The notes beneath the pieces were generated by a model. The model did no database searches and was not told where the DNA came from. It saw only the letters and a list, made by a program, of their open reading frames with translations. Source: Pseudomonadales bacterium (lineage in GTDB: Bacteria; Pseudomonadota; Gammaproteobacteria; Pseudomonadales; Azotimanducaceae). Taken from it: 34,324 nucleotides of DNA. Location of the stretch: contig JAGRIN010000001.1 of assembly GCA_020443245.1 (NCBI GenBank), positions 1 through 34,324 of the forward strand. The letters run 5' to 3'. This document shows positions 1 through 9,608 of the stretch, one piece after another. Each line of letters begins with the position of its first letter. Positions within the stretch are counted from its first letter, which is position 1. Made by a program: the position numbers and the translations under genes.

Positions 1-485
1 ATCCGTTCAATCCCCTCGATGCAGTCGGTTGGCACGGCGACAACACAGTGGTCAAGCTGAACTGGCGAGATCTCCGGCCGGTGATGAGCCATCGCTATCA
101 CTTGCCGCCGTCGGCCCACACGACGTTTGTCGGCAAAGGATTCGTCGTCTGCACGTTCTGCCCGCGCCCGGTCGAGAGTGATCCGGGTGCGCTCAAGGTG
201 CCGTTCTTCCACAACAACGACGACTATGATGAGGTGCTCTTCTATCATCTGGGGAATTTCTTCAGTCGCGACAATATCGACAGGGGAATGATGACGTTCC
301 ATCCGTGCGGCTTCACCCACGGACCGCATCCCAAGGCGCTCAAAAAGAGCATGGAAGACCCGGCGACGTTCATCGATGAGGTGGCGGTCATGGTCGATAC
401 GCGTGCCGGTCTCAGCATATCCGATGCCGCGCGCGCGGTAGAAGTCGATGCCTACGTCAACTCCTGGAAGTCGCCGGGCGCGTAA
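1..485 (+). CDS. Homogentisate 1,2-dioxygenase-family (cupin) protein, C-terminal part; the 5' end lies outside the window
   Basis: The frame is open from nt 3 (PFNPLDAVGWHGDNTVVKL...) to the stop at 483-485; the track lists only the internal GTG at 48. FFHNNDDYDEVLFYH ... FHPCGFTHGPHP resembles the YYHRN..E..G ... H....PHGP metal-ligand region of HgmA-type dioxygenases, but is divergent. Confidence 0.6.
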   Translation, partial: PFNPLDAVGWHGDNTVVKLNWRDLRPVMSHRYHLPPSAHTTFVGKGFVVCTFCPRPVESDPGALKVPFFHNNDDYDEVLFYHLGNFFSRDNIDRGMMTFHPCGFTHGPHPKALKKSMEDPATFIDEVAVMVDTRAGLSISDAARAVEVDAYVNSWKSPGA

Positions 486-487
486 TC

Positions 488-2416
488 GTGGCGCAACCCA
501 TCTGGAAGCCTGATCCTGAACGCGCCGCCTCGACGCGTATCGCGAGACTTGCTGCGGCACACGGCTTCGATGACTACCCTGCTCTTCATCGTTACAGCGT
601 TGAGTCATCCGCTTCTTTCTGGCGAGAGATGTGGACGCTGTGCGAGGTGATCGGCGAACCCGGTGATGTCGTACTCGCCGGCGAAGGGGCAATGCCGGGC
701 GCGAAATGGTTTCCCGAAGCGCGACTCAACTTCGCTGAGAATCTGCTCCGCTACGAAGACGATCATCCGGCAATCCTCTCCGCGATGGAGGACGGGCGAC
801 GGTCCACCCTGACCTACAGGGAACTGGGCCTGCGTGTCGGGCGGGTTGCCGCCTGGCTCCAGGCGCAGGGCGTTGTTGCCGGAGACCGCGTGGCGGCGTT
901 CATGCCCAATGTGCCGGAAACCGTGATCGCGATGTTGGCGACGACCACGCTGGGCGCGACCTTTTCGTCCTGCTCGCCTGATTTCGGTATCCAGGGCGCC
1001 TGTGACCGGTTCGGGCAGATCGACCCGGTGGTCCTCATTTGTGCCGACGGCTATTACTACGGCGGAAAGGAGATCGACATTTCCGATCGCGTCGCCTCGT
1101 TGGTGGACGCGGTCGCGTCTGTTCGGGCCGTGCTGGTTGCCGATATTCTCGGTCGAGGGCGAGCGATGTCCTTTAAACAGGTATCGTCGCTCTTCGATGA
1201 TCTGCCGGAACCTGATCGTGTTCCGGCATTTGCACGAATGCCGTTTGCACACCCGGCCTACATTCTCTACTCATCCGGCACCACGGGCATGCCGAAGTGC
1301 ATCGTGCACAGTGCGGGCGGAACATTGCTTCAGCATATGAAGGAGCACCAGTTCCACCTCGACCTTCATCGCCACGACATCCTGTTCTATTTCACGACCT
1401 GCGGCTGGATGATGTGGAATTGGCTTGTGTCCGGGCTCGCCAGTGGCGCGACGCTGGTACTCTACGACGGTTCCCCCCTGGCGCCGAATCCTGGTGCGCT
1501 GTGGGATATGGCGGAACGCGAGGGTGTGACCATCTTCGGTACGAGTGCAAAGTATCTGGCCGGCATGGAAAAAGCGGGCCTGCGTCCAGCGCAGACGCAC
1601 GACTTGTCTTCACTGAGATCGATCCTGTCGACGGGGTCGCCGTTGTCCCACGAGAGTTTCCGCTACGTGTATCGTGAAGTGAAGGCAGACGTCTGTTTGT
1701 CTTCGATTTCCGGTGGCACGGACATCGTTTCCTGTTTCGCCCTCGGCAATCCGTCCTTGCCCGTCTACGAAGGTGAACTGCAATGCATTGGGCTCGGCAT
1801 GGATGTTCACATCTACAATGATGACGGTATCAGCGTTGTGGGCGAGAAAGGGGAACTCGTCTGCACGAGCCCTTTCCCTTCGATGCCGGTCGGGTTCTGG
1901 CAGGATGAATCGGGCGAGCGTTACCGGCAAGCCTACTTCGAGCGATTTCCCGGCGTGTGGTCACATGGCGACTACGGTGAGATGACGGCGCATGGCGGCA
2001 TGATCATTTACGGTCGGTCCGATGCAGTACTCAATCCGGGCGGCGTGCGTATCGGTACGGCCGAGATCTATCGCCAGGTCGAGAAAGTCGACGACGTCGT
2101 CGACGCGCTGTGCATCGGCCAGGAATGGGAGGGCGACGTACGCATCGTGCTATTCGTGGTGTTGCGTGAGGGCGCTGTGCTCAGCGATGAATTGCGACAA
2201 CAAATCGTCCGGACTATCCGGGCCGGGGCGACGCCGCGCCACGTACCGGCGAAGATTATCGAGGTGGCCGACATACCGAGGACGATCAGCGGCAAGATCT
2301 CTGAACTCGCAGTCCGTGAGGTCGTCCACGGACGCCGCGTGAAGAATACCGATGCGCTCGCCAATCCTGGCGCGCTCGATCAATTTCGGAATCTGGCCGA
2401 ACTCCGGGACCCTTAA
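488..2416 (+). CDS. Acetoacetyl-CoA synthetase (acetoacetate-CoA ligase, AMP-forming)
   Basis: 642 aa. N-terminus PIWKPDPERAASTRIARL.. and FWREMW are typical of acetoacetate-CoA ligases. AMP-binding motifs YILYSSGTTGMPKCIVH, YGRSDAVLNPGGVRIGTAEIY and C-terminal PRTISGKISE. GTG start 2 nt after the upstream stop. Confidence 0.9.
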   Translation: MAQPIWKPDPERAASTRIARLAAAHGFDDYPALHRYSVESSASFWREMWTLCEVIGEPGDVVLAGEGAMPGAKWFPEARLNFAENLLRYEDDHPAILSAMEDGRRSTLTYRELGLRVGRVAAWLQAQGVVAGDRVAAFMPNVPETVIAMLATTTLGATFSSCSPDFGIQGACDRFGQIDPVVLICADGYYYGGKEIDISDRVASLVDAVASVRAVLVADILGRGRAMSFKQVSSLFDDLPEPDRVPAFARMPFAHPAYILYSSGTTGMPKCIVHSAGGTLLQHMKEHQFHLDLHRHDILFYFTTCGWMMWNWLVSGLASGATLVLYDGSPLAPNPGALWDMAEREGVTIFGTSAKYLAGMEKAGLRPAQTHDLSSLRSILSTGSPLSHESFRYVYREVKADVCLSSISGGTDIVSCFALGNPSLPVYEGELQCIGLGMDVHIYNDDGISVVGEKGELVCTSPFPSMPVGFWQDESGERYRQAYFERFPGVWSHGDYGEMTAHGGMIIYGRSDAVLNPGGVRIGTAEIYRQVEKVDDVVDALCIGQEWEGDVRIVLFVVLREGAVLSDELRQQIVRTIRAGATPRHVPAKIIEVADIPRTISGKISELAVREVVHGRRVKNTDALANPGALDQFRNLAELRDP

Positions 2417-2701
2417 TCATTCTCATCTCCCGATGCGCGCCGCCCCGCGATGGGGAGCGGTGCGTTCGTACTCCCCAAAACAATGCGCCGGGCAACGCCT
2501 TGCGGGGGCGATAAACGGTCGAAACGACCGCGGCCTTTTCGATCGCAAATCGCCTTCATGTGGCGAAACATCGTAAAAACCAGCAAACAACCAGCGCACC
2601 TTAGTTGCCCGGTTGGGCATGGCCCTCCGGCAGGCAGTGGTGGCACGCAATTTGTATCTCCCGGACTGATGTTTGTTGTGACCCGGGGTTGAACCGCCGC
2701 T

Positions 2702-3541
2702 ATGGAGATATCTCTTCTGAGTATCGTCGTTCTGGTGGGAGCGCTCTTTGCAGCGGGAGCCGTCGCCGGCCTGACGGCGGGACTCTTTGGAAACGGCGGC
2801 GGCTTTGTCGTCGTGCCCGCGCTGCTTGCAGTGTTTCCGCTCTTCAGTGATGCCTATGCGCAACATATCTATGTCGCGGTAGGTACGTCCCTCGCTTCCA
2901 TTATCGTGTCGTCCGCACGGTCCGTGCAGTCCCACATGAAACGCAATGCCGTGGACTTCGAAGTTCTGCGGGGCTGGGCGCCGTGGCTCGTCATCGGCGT
3001 CGTGGGAGGGCTCTTCATCGCATCGAAGATTGATGGCACGAGTCTCATGCTGGTGTTCGCGATCGGCGTGTTGGTCTATTCCTTCTACTTTTTGTTTCCC
3101 GGTTGGTTCGCCAATCGCTCCACCGGCTTCTCGATGCCGACCGGAGCGGGGCGAGCTGCGCTCGCGACAGCCCTGGGCGGGTTCTCATCACTGCTCGGCA
3201 TTGGCGGTGGGACCATCACCGTGGTCACGATGGTGACCTGTGGGAGAAAGGTACACCAGGCAGTGGCAACGGCCGCTGGAGTCGGTTTCATCATCTCGGT
3301 ACCGGGCGCAATCGGGTTTTTGATGCTGGGACTCAAGGAGCACGGCGAGCTCCCGTTCGGTTCCCTCGGTTACATCAACTTGCCGGCATTGCTTGCTGTC
3401 TGCGTCATGTCCGTGATCACCGCGCCGATCGGCGCAAAGTGGGCGCACAGTCTCAACGAAATGCACCTCAAGCGGATATTCGGCCTGTATCTGCTCGGCG
3501 TGTCTTCAACCATGTTCTACAAATCGATATCCACGTTTTGA
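2702..3541 (+). CDS. TSUP / TauE-SafE family (DUF81) anion permease
   Basis: 279 aa and very hydrophobic (about 8 helices). Internally duplicated Gly-rich motifs LFGNGGGFVVVPALL and LLGIGGGTITVVTM are typical of the TSUP family. Confidence 0.85.
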   Translation: MEISLLSIVVLVGALFAAGAVAGLTAGLFGNGGGFVVVPALLAVFPLFSDAYAQHIYVAVGTSLASIIVSSARSVQSHMKRNAVDFEVLRGWAPWLVIGVVGGLFIASKIDGTSLMLVFAIGVLVYSFYFLFPGWFANRSTGFSMPTGAGRAALATALGGFSSLLGIGGGTITVVTMVTCGRKVHQAVATAAGVGFIISVPGAIGFLMLGLKEHGELPFGSLGYINLPALLAVCVMSVITAPIGAKWAHSLNEMHLKRIFGLYLLGVSSTMFYKSISTF

Positions 3542-3559
3542 TCCCCAAGGAGGATTGTC

Positions 3560-4711
3560 ATGGCTAGCGAATTATCACGACGCGGTTTCCTGCGCGGTTC
3601 GGCACTGGTAGCCGGCGCAGTGGCAAGCGGCACCGTTATCCCGTTCGACGCCGCTGTCGGTTCGATGACGTCGGCAAAGTTGCTCTATGGCCCGGCGCCC
3701 GGGATGGCAAAGCTGAATGCCAATGAAAATCCTTATGGTCCGTCGAAGAAGGCGCTTGCGGCCATGTCGGAGGCATCGGCCAAGGGAGCGTACTACGTGG
3801 GCGAGTCTGTCACGCGGCTCATCGATATGATTGCCGAGCGGTATGGCGTCACGAAGGACTGGATCACCCTGTCGGCCGGGTCCAGCGGCGTGCTGACTTA
3901 TCTTGCGGTGGCCAAAGCGAAGCAGGGCAAGATCCTGGGGCCGGACCTCTTCTGGGATACCACGACACTCGGCGCGATCAGGCAAGGCGGCGAACTTGTC
4001 CGGACGCCAAAGGCGAAGGACCTTACGATCAGCCTTGACGACCTGTATGCGTCGATTACACCGGATGTGTCGATGGTGCAGATTTGCAACCCCAACAACC
4101 CGACGGGCATGACGCTGGACCCCAGGGCGCTCAAGGCGTTTTGCATGAAGGCGTCGAAGAAGGCGACGGTTTTGATCGACGAGGCGTACAACGAGATCAC
4201 GGATGATCCTGACGCTCACACCATGATCGGTCTCGTCAAGGACGGGTATGACGTTGTCGTCGCGCGAACCTTCTCGAAAATCTATGGCCTTGCCGGCATG
4301 CGCGTCGGCTACATGATCGCGAAACCCGAGACGACCGAACTCGTACAGAAATACAGCCTGGGCAATTACTCGCTCAACCAGGCGGGTGTCGCCGCCGCGC
4401 TCGCGACCTATGATGACTTCGACTTCCTCAAGTACTCCAAGTCGATGATTCTCGAGGCGCGCGGCATGCTCGAGGATGCGGTGCAGAGCAACGGGCTGTC
4501 GGCCGCACCGTCGAACGCGAGCTTCATGTTCGTTGACCTCGGCAGCCTGAATGCCGAGATGTTTCGCCAGAAAATGGCCCTGCAGGATGTCTATATCCGC
4601 GGGATATACCGGGATTATACGAACTGGTCCCGCGTCAGTTGCGGCATGTTGCCGGACGTCCAGAAGTACGTGACGGCGCTGCCGAAAGTGCTGGATGCGA
4701 TGAACGCCTGA
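3560..4711 (+). CDS. Class I/II (HisC-like) PLP-dependent aminotransferase with a twin-arginine (Tat) signal peptide
   Basis: AAGGAGG RBS at 3547-3553. N-terminus SRRGFLRGSALVAGAVASG matches the Tat consensus S-R-R-x-F-L-K plus an h-region. LNANENPYGPS and the PLP-lysine motif FSKIYGLAGMRVGY are HisC-family signatures. Confidence 0.85.
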   Translation: MASELSRRGFLRGSALVAGAVASGTVIPFDAAVGSMTSAKLLYGPAPGMAKLNANENPYGPSKKALAAMSEASAKGAYYVGESVTRLIDMIAERYGVTKDWITLSAGSSGVLTYLAVAKAKQGKILGPDLFWDTTTLGAIRQGGELVRTPKAKDLTISLDDLYASITPDVSMVQICNPNNPTGMTLDPRALKAFCMKASKKATVLIDEAYNEITDDPDAHTMIGLVKDGYDVVVARTFSKIYGLAGMRVGYMIAKPETTELVQKYSLGNYSLNQAGVAAALATYDDFDFLKYSKSMILEARGMLEDAVQSNGLSAAPSNASFMFVDLGSLNAEMFRQKMALQDVYIRGIYRDYTNWSRVSCGMLPDVQKYVTALPKVLDAMNA

Positions 4712-4855
4712 AGTAAGCGGGAGTCGATGGGGACACGTTGATCGATCCGGGGAGCGGTTCGTGGCAAAATAGGCGCCCATGACAGTCGTCATGATACTGA
4801 GCTGTAACGCCGATTGCTGCTTCGTCGCCCGCGTACGTGCCGGGAAGGAGGCGCC

Positions 4856-5254
4856 GTGGCGCTGACGTGCTGGAACTGCGACGCGTCGCTTGATGACGTA
4901 CCTCGCCCCATCAGCCGACACGCGAATTGTCCTGCCTGTTTCGAGGTCCTGCATTGCTGCAGGTTGTGTCGCCACTATCGGCCGGGCGCCCCCGGTCAAT
5001 GTGACCACGACCTTGCGGACCCGCCGGTCGAGAAAGCGTCAGCGAATTTTTGCGATTTCTTCTCACCGACCGCAGGCGCTTTCAACGCTGATCATGACGA
5101 TCGTCGGGCGGCAGCACGAACACGGGCGGCGTCGCTGTTTGGCGAAGATGAACCGGAAGGCGAAGGCGACGAGTCGGACAGCGCAGGGCCAGGTGTTGAC
5201 CAGGATCATGAAGATTCCATCAAGAGCCGGCTTGATGACCTCTTCAAGGATTAA
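4856..5254 (+). CDS. Cys-rich zinc-ribbon-like protein with an acidic C-terminal tail (function unknown)
   Basis: In-frame GTG at 4856 lies 5 nt after GGAGG (4846-4850); the track start at 4814 is a TTG with no RBS. Nine Cys fall in the first ~75 aa (CWNC, CPAC, CCRLC, QCDH, NFCDF). The tail is D/E-rich (GEDEPEGEGDESDS...DDLFKD). Confidence 0.6.
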   Translation: MALTCWNCDASLDDVPRPISRHANCPACFEVLHCCRLCRHYRPGAPGQCDHDLADPPVEKASANFCDFFSPTAGAFNADHDDRRAAARTRAASLFGEDEPEGEGDESDSAGPGVDQDHEDSIKSRLDDLFKD

Positions 5255-5327
5255 TTTCCGGTTTCAGGGTGATTGTGCGTTCGGTGCCGCAGGCGGCGGT
5301 AGTAAAATCAGGATTCGATAACGCAGT

Positions 5328-6134
5328 GTGAATGTAATGAAGAAAATGAACGATGACGAGCGGTTTGTCCCCCTGGAGGGCAGCATCAATTTTCGTGATT
5401 TCGGGGGTTACGTTACCGAAGACGGCCAATTGGTGAAACGCAACCTGCTCTACCGTAGCGGTGCGCTCGCGAACCTGACGGCAGACGCGCACGAAGCCTT
5501 CTCGCGTCTTGGCATTGACGTCATCTGTGACCTGCGCCGGGATGAAGAAGTCGAGCGCAGCCCGACGCCGACTCACGCACCGTTCGATTGTCGTCGTCAC
5601 ATTCCGATCAATCCGGGCAGTACCGGCATGCTTGCGGCGAGCCTCGAAGACCGCTCCCAATCCGAACGGGATCGCGTTCAGTTCATGGTGGACCTGACGC
5701 GAGAACTCGCCCGGGACCACCACGACGAATATCGTGAGCTCTTCTCCTGTTTGCTGGAAGTCGACGGTGCCTTCCTGTTGCATTGCTCGGCCGGCAAGGA
5801 CCGTACAGGATTCGGCGCCGCGCTGATCCTGTCGGCGCTGGGCGTACCGGAAGAGACGATCGTCACGGACTACCTGCTGACGAACCAGGCCAACTGCCTG
5901 CGCGCTTATATGGCGCCCCGTATGCAAGCGTTCTACGGCTACGAGATCGATGCGGGTAGTATCGAGGCCGTCGCCGGGGTACGGGAGGACTACATCCGTG
6001 CCGCGCTTGACGAGGTGTCAAAGGCACATGGCAGCGTTGACCGCTACCTGCACGAAATCGGCGTCGATGTCCGGGCGCGGGCTGCGCTTCGCGAACGCCT
6101 GCTCGTCAGGCCCCTGCAGGCTGCAAACGCCTGA
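5328..6134 (+). CDS. Protein-tyrosine phosphatase family protein (Y_phosphatase3-like, CX5R)
   Basis: Active-site loop HCSAGKDRTG (C-x5-R). N-terminal NFRDFGGY motif typical of this bacterial PTP-like family. The start could instead be ATG 5337 (MKKMNDD). Confidence 0.8.
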   Translation: MNVMKKMNDDERFVPLEGSINFRDFGGYVTEDGQLVKRNLLYRSGALANLTADAHEAFSRLGIDVICDLRRDEEVERSPTPTHAPFDCRRHIPINPGSTGMLAASLEDRSQSERDRVQFMVDLTRELARDHHDEYRELFSCLLEVDGAFLLHCSAGKDRTGFGAALILSALGVPEETIVTDYLLTNQANCLRAYMAPRMQAFYGYEIDAGSIEAVAGVREDYIRAALDEVSKAHGSVDRYLHEIGVDVRARAALRERLLVRPLQAANA

Positions 6135-6149
6135 CACCTTCGTAGTCGA

Positions 6150-7397
6150 TCAGGCCTGGTCGGCGTTGGGAGACCTGTAGGACCACACCCTCGTCATCGT
6201 CACGCCGATCGTAAAGAGCAGTGTCGAGGCGATCATCGCGGGAATCAGCGCATTCAGGGTACCGAACGCCTCGATGATGTGCCCCAGCACGACGGCGCCT
6301 ATCGGTGCACTGCCCAACATGCCGAGCGAGAAGACCGACAGGATGCGGCCGCGGTATGCGGGGTCGGCCGATTCCTGGACGATTGTGCGCGCGAGTGTGG
6401 ACGTCACACCCATGTTCAGCCCCCAGCCGAACAGGACAATGGTAAGCAGCCACCAGGGAGGGCTGAACCAGAGAATCGCCACAATGATGACACGTGAGAG
6501 TTGCATGGCGAGGAAGACGCGACCGGGACGAACGAACGGCATCAGGCGCAACATCAAAAAGTTCGAGATCGCGGCGCCGCCGAAAAAGATGATCATGACA
6601 CCTGCCAGTCCGAGCGCATCCCCTTCATACACCCGCTTGATGATGAAGGGGAGCACTGTGGTAAATGCGCCGGCGTTGAAGACGCTCGAGATGAAGTTGA
6701 TCACGAGCGTATGGAAGATCGTCCGGTTTCGATAGGTTGCCGCCAGCCCATCCAGCACGACCCGAATCATCGGGTCACCTTTCTCCTCGAACGTGGATGC
6801 TTCGGCCGCGATGCGCCGTACGGCAAACGCGCCCAGCAGCAAGCAGCCACCCTGCGTGCACAGGACGACCGTGAGCCCGACGGTCTCCATCTGACCCGCG
6901 AGGGAAAGGCCGATGATCTGCATCAAAAAGCCGATGGCGGTCGATGCCGTAACGGCACGTTGGACCTCGCGTCCCGCAACCCTGTTCAGTATCGATTGTT
7001 GTGCGGGATTCGAGAATGCCGTGATGGTGCTCATGCCGAGGCCGAATAACATGACGCTCCACACGTTCAACCATTGGTTGTACACCGCGAGGGCGAGGCC
7101 GAACGGAATCAGCCAGGCCACACCGTAAACGCGGAGCAGGAGCGAGCGAGGGTCCGATCGGTCAGCGCTCGCGCCGCCGATGAGCATGAAAAGTATGCCC
7201 GGAATACCGATGATCGCCTGTGTGACGCCGACCTTGCCTGCGGGAAGCACAAGGATACCAACCAGCATCCAGCTCACCAGCAGCTGTTGCATCGAGAAAG
7301 CAATGCCGGTGAACGCGGTCGTGCCGAGATAGGAGCGGAATCCGGCGTCTGCGAACAGGCCCGGGTTTGTCGTATCCTGTTCGGAGACTTCTGCCAC
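6150..7397 (-). CDS. MFS transporter (EntS/MFS_3-like)
   Basis: 415 aa with about 12 hydrophobic helices. Charged loop GGASADRSDPRSLLL follows TM2. GTG start 6 nt downstream of the Mo-subunit stop, so probably co-transcribed. Confidence 0.85.
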   Translation of the reverse strand: MAEVSEQDTTNPGLFADAGFRSYLGTTAFTGIAFSMQQLLVSWMLVGILVLPAGKVGVTQAIIGIPGILFMLIGGASADRSDPRSLLLRVYGVAWLIPFGLALAVYNQWLNVWSVMLFGLGMSTITAFSNPAQQSILNRVAGREVQRAVTASTAIGFLMQIIGLSLAGQMETVGLTVVLCTQGGCLLLGAFAVRRIAAEASTFEEKGDPMIRVVLDGLAATYRNRTIFHTLVINFISSVFNAGAFTTVLPFIIKRVYEGDALGLAGVMIIFFGGAAISNFLMLRLMPFVRPGRVFLAMQLSRVIIVAILWFSPPWWLLTIVLFGWGLNMGVTSTLARTIVQESADPAYRGRILSVFSLGMLGSAPIGAVVLGHIIEAFGTLNALIPAMIASTLLFTIGVTMTRVWSYRSPNADQA

Positions 7398-7403
7398 GCT
7401 GCG

Positions 7404-9608
7404 TCAGACCAGCCGGTAGCCGAGATCGGTCAACGGCATGGTCCTGACACGAACGCCGGTTGCGGCGAAGATCGCGTTGCCAACGGCCGGTGCAAGGGGC
7501 GGCAGTCCCGGTTCGCCGATGCCCGTCGGCCGGTTATCGCTCTGGATGAAATGGACCTCGACATCGGGTGCCTGCGCGATGCGCATCACGTTATAGTCAT
7601 CGAGATTGTGCTGTTCGATTCTACCGCCTGACATTGTGATCTTCTGGCCCGCCATCGTGGACAGGCCGTCGATGATGGAGCCCTGGACCTGTGATGTCGC
7701 GCCGCTCAGGTTGATGATCGGTCCCACATCGGCGACAGCCCATAGCTTGTGAACACGAAGGCGCTTCTGGGTGTCCACGCTGACTTCTGCCACCTCGGCG
7801 ACGTGCGCTGCGTGGCTGAAGTGGAATGCAAGTCCGAGCCCACTGCCTTCGGGCATGTCGCGTCCCCAGCCTGCTTTCTCTGCCACCAGTTTGATGACAT
7901 CGATGGCGCGTCCGGTATTGAGCGCGCGAATATTGCCGGGTTCGAGCCAACGGCGCTCGCCCATGATTTCAAGGAGAAACTCAAGGTGGTCGCGGCCGGC
8001 CAGGGTGGCCAGCTCGTGGATAAAACTCTGGACCACGAATGCGTGTGTATTGGAGCCCGGCGCGCGCCAGGGTCCGCAGGGCGTGCCGATGTCGAACGTA
8101 CTCATCGTACCGCGAGTATTCGGAAGGTTGAGCAAGGGAAACTCGGATGGACTGAAGCGGGAACCGGACGGTCCTTCTCCGTTTCGTGTCATGCCGATGA
8201 AATGCTGGTCCCAGGCCACGAGACGCCCTTGCTTGTCGAGCGAGCCCTTCACGTGCTGGAAGCCTGCCACGCGATAGAAGTCATGTTGCATGTCGTCAGG
8301 ACGGGTCCAGGTCAGTTTGACCGGCTTGCCCGCACGTTTGGAAATCGCGACTGCTTCGCATACGAATTCTGCGCTGCCGCGTCGGCCGAATCCGCCGCCG
8401 AGCCTTGTCTGGTGGATCGTGACATTCTTCTCGCTGACGCCGAATACGTCGTTCATGACCGACGGAATGCGATACGCGGCCTGCGTCGGTACCCATGCCT
8501 CGATCTCGTCCCCCGTGCTTGCCGAACCTTTTTTGTAGTGTGCAGTGGTGTTCATCGGTTCCATGCACAGATGGGCAACGAATGGATAGCTGTAGTCTGC
8601 TTCGATCGTCCTGTCTGTGTGGCGGCGCAGTGCAAGATCGACATCGCCGGCGCGGTAGATGACATTGCCGCCGCCCTTGTCCTGGAGTCGCTCGCCGGTC
8701 CGGACGATCTCATCCCAATCGTCTTTCGAGGCAGCTGACTCGTCCCATTTGACCTTGAGTGCATCCTTTGCAGCGAAGACAGACCAGGTATCCCGGCCGA
8801 CTATCGCGACGCCTGAAAGCAGTTGGTTCACGTCGCCGTTTCCGTCGATGATGAAGGCGTCGACGATGCCGGGCAGCTTTTTGATTTCTGCCTCATTGAA
8901 GCTGACGGCCTTGCCGCCGATGGCGGGGCACTTGTGGTAGACGGCGTACAACATGTCAGGAACGCTCGTGTCTATGCCGAAGCGGGACATGCCGGTTGCG
9001 ATGACCAGGTTGTCGACACCTGAAACGGAAGTGCCGATGATCGTGTAGTCTTCCGGGTCCTTGAACTTGAGCGTATCAGGGTCCGGGATTGGTTGTTTGA
9101 CGGCGAGTGACGCGAGTTGGCCAAAGGTGAGCGAGTGACCGGAGGTACTGGTGACCTTGCTGTCCTTTGCTTCGAGTTCGCCTCGTGGCACCTCCATCGA
9201 TTCCGCGGCAGCACCAATCAACATCTCCCGTGCGCTGGCGCCGACCTGGCGCATCAAATCGAAACTGCGGGGTATCGTCGTGGAGCCACCGGCGCCCTGA
9301 CGGCCATATTTTGAGTCGTCGACGGGCGATTGCAGCACCACGACGTCTTCCCAACGTGCACCCATTTCTTCGGCGATGATCATCGGTAATGCGGTCTTGA
9401 TGCCCTGGCCCATTTCCGGGTTGGCGGAGTAAATCGTAATGGTGCCGTCGGATGCGATCTTGACGTAGGCATTCAGCTCACCTGACCCGACAAGCGTTCC
9501 GAGTTCTTCACCGATGGCCGAGAGCGGCAGGGAAAATTCGAGCATCATCCCGCCTGTTGCGAGCGCGCTGGCTTTGAGAAATCCCCGTCGATTCATTGTC
9601 GTCTTCAC
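7404..9608 (-). CDS. Xanthine dehydrogenase/aldehyde oxidase family molybdopterin-binding subunit (IorB-type) with Tat signal
   Basis: 734 aa. Tat signal [16 protein letters not shown]. Motifs [26 protein letters not shown] and [21 protein letters not shown]. The GTG start overlaps the upstream stop (GTGA); alternative ATG at 9596. Confidence 0.9.
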   Translation of the reverse strand: MKTTMNRRGFLKASALATGGMMLEFSLPLSAIGEELGTLVGSGELNAYVKIASDGTITIYSANPEMGQGIKTALPMIIAEEMGARWEDVVVLQSPVDDSKYGRQGAGGSTTIPRSFDLMRQVGASAREMLIGAAAESMEVPRGELEAKDSKVTSTSGHSLTFGQLASLAVKQPIPDPDTLKFKDPEDYTIIGTSVSGVDNLVIATGMSRFGIDTSVPDMLYAVYHKCPAIGGKAVSFNEAEIKKLPGIVDAFIIDGNGDVNQLLSGVAIVGRDTWSVFAAKDALKVKWDESAASKDDWDEIVRTGERLQDKGGGNVIYRAGDVDLALRRHTDRTIEADYSYPFVAHLCMEPMNTTAHYKKGSASTGDEIEAWVPTQAAYRIPSVMNDVFGVSEKNVTIHQTRLGGGFGRRGSAEFVCEAVAISKRAGKPVKLTWTRPDDMQHDFYRVAGFQHVKGSLDKQGRLVAWDQHFIGMTRNGEGPSGSRFSPSEFPLLNLPNTRGTMSTFDIGTPCGPWRAPGSNTHAFVVQSFIHELATLAGRDHLEFLLEIMGERRWLEPGNIRALNTGRAIDVIKLVAEKAGWGRDMPEGSGLGLAFHFSHAAHVAEVAEVSVDTQKRLRVHKLWAVADVGPIINLSGATSQVQGSIIDGLSTMAGQKITMSGGRIEQHNLDDYNVMRIAQAPDVEVHFIQSDNRPTGIGEPGLPPLAPAVGNAIFAATGVRVRTMPLTDLGYRLV

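Noticed and set aside
3575-5008. A 477-aa ORF antisense to the aminotransferase, plus many other long shadow ORFs: 605-1252, 5244-5927, 7749-8738, 10090-10824, 11856-12968, 14492-15217, 16328-17395, 18594-19229, 20958-21806, 23464-23961, 25643-26638, 26693-27328, 28627-29280, 29894-30433, 32923-33840 and 33928-34263.
   Set aside because: Their translations are Arg/Pro/His/Gly-rich and low in complexity, with no recognisable motifs. Each is fully covered by a motif-rich CDS on the opposite strand or in another frame. This is the expected artefact of stop-codon depletion in GC-rich DNA.
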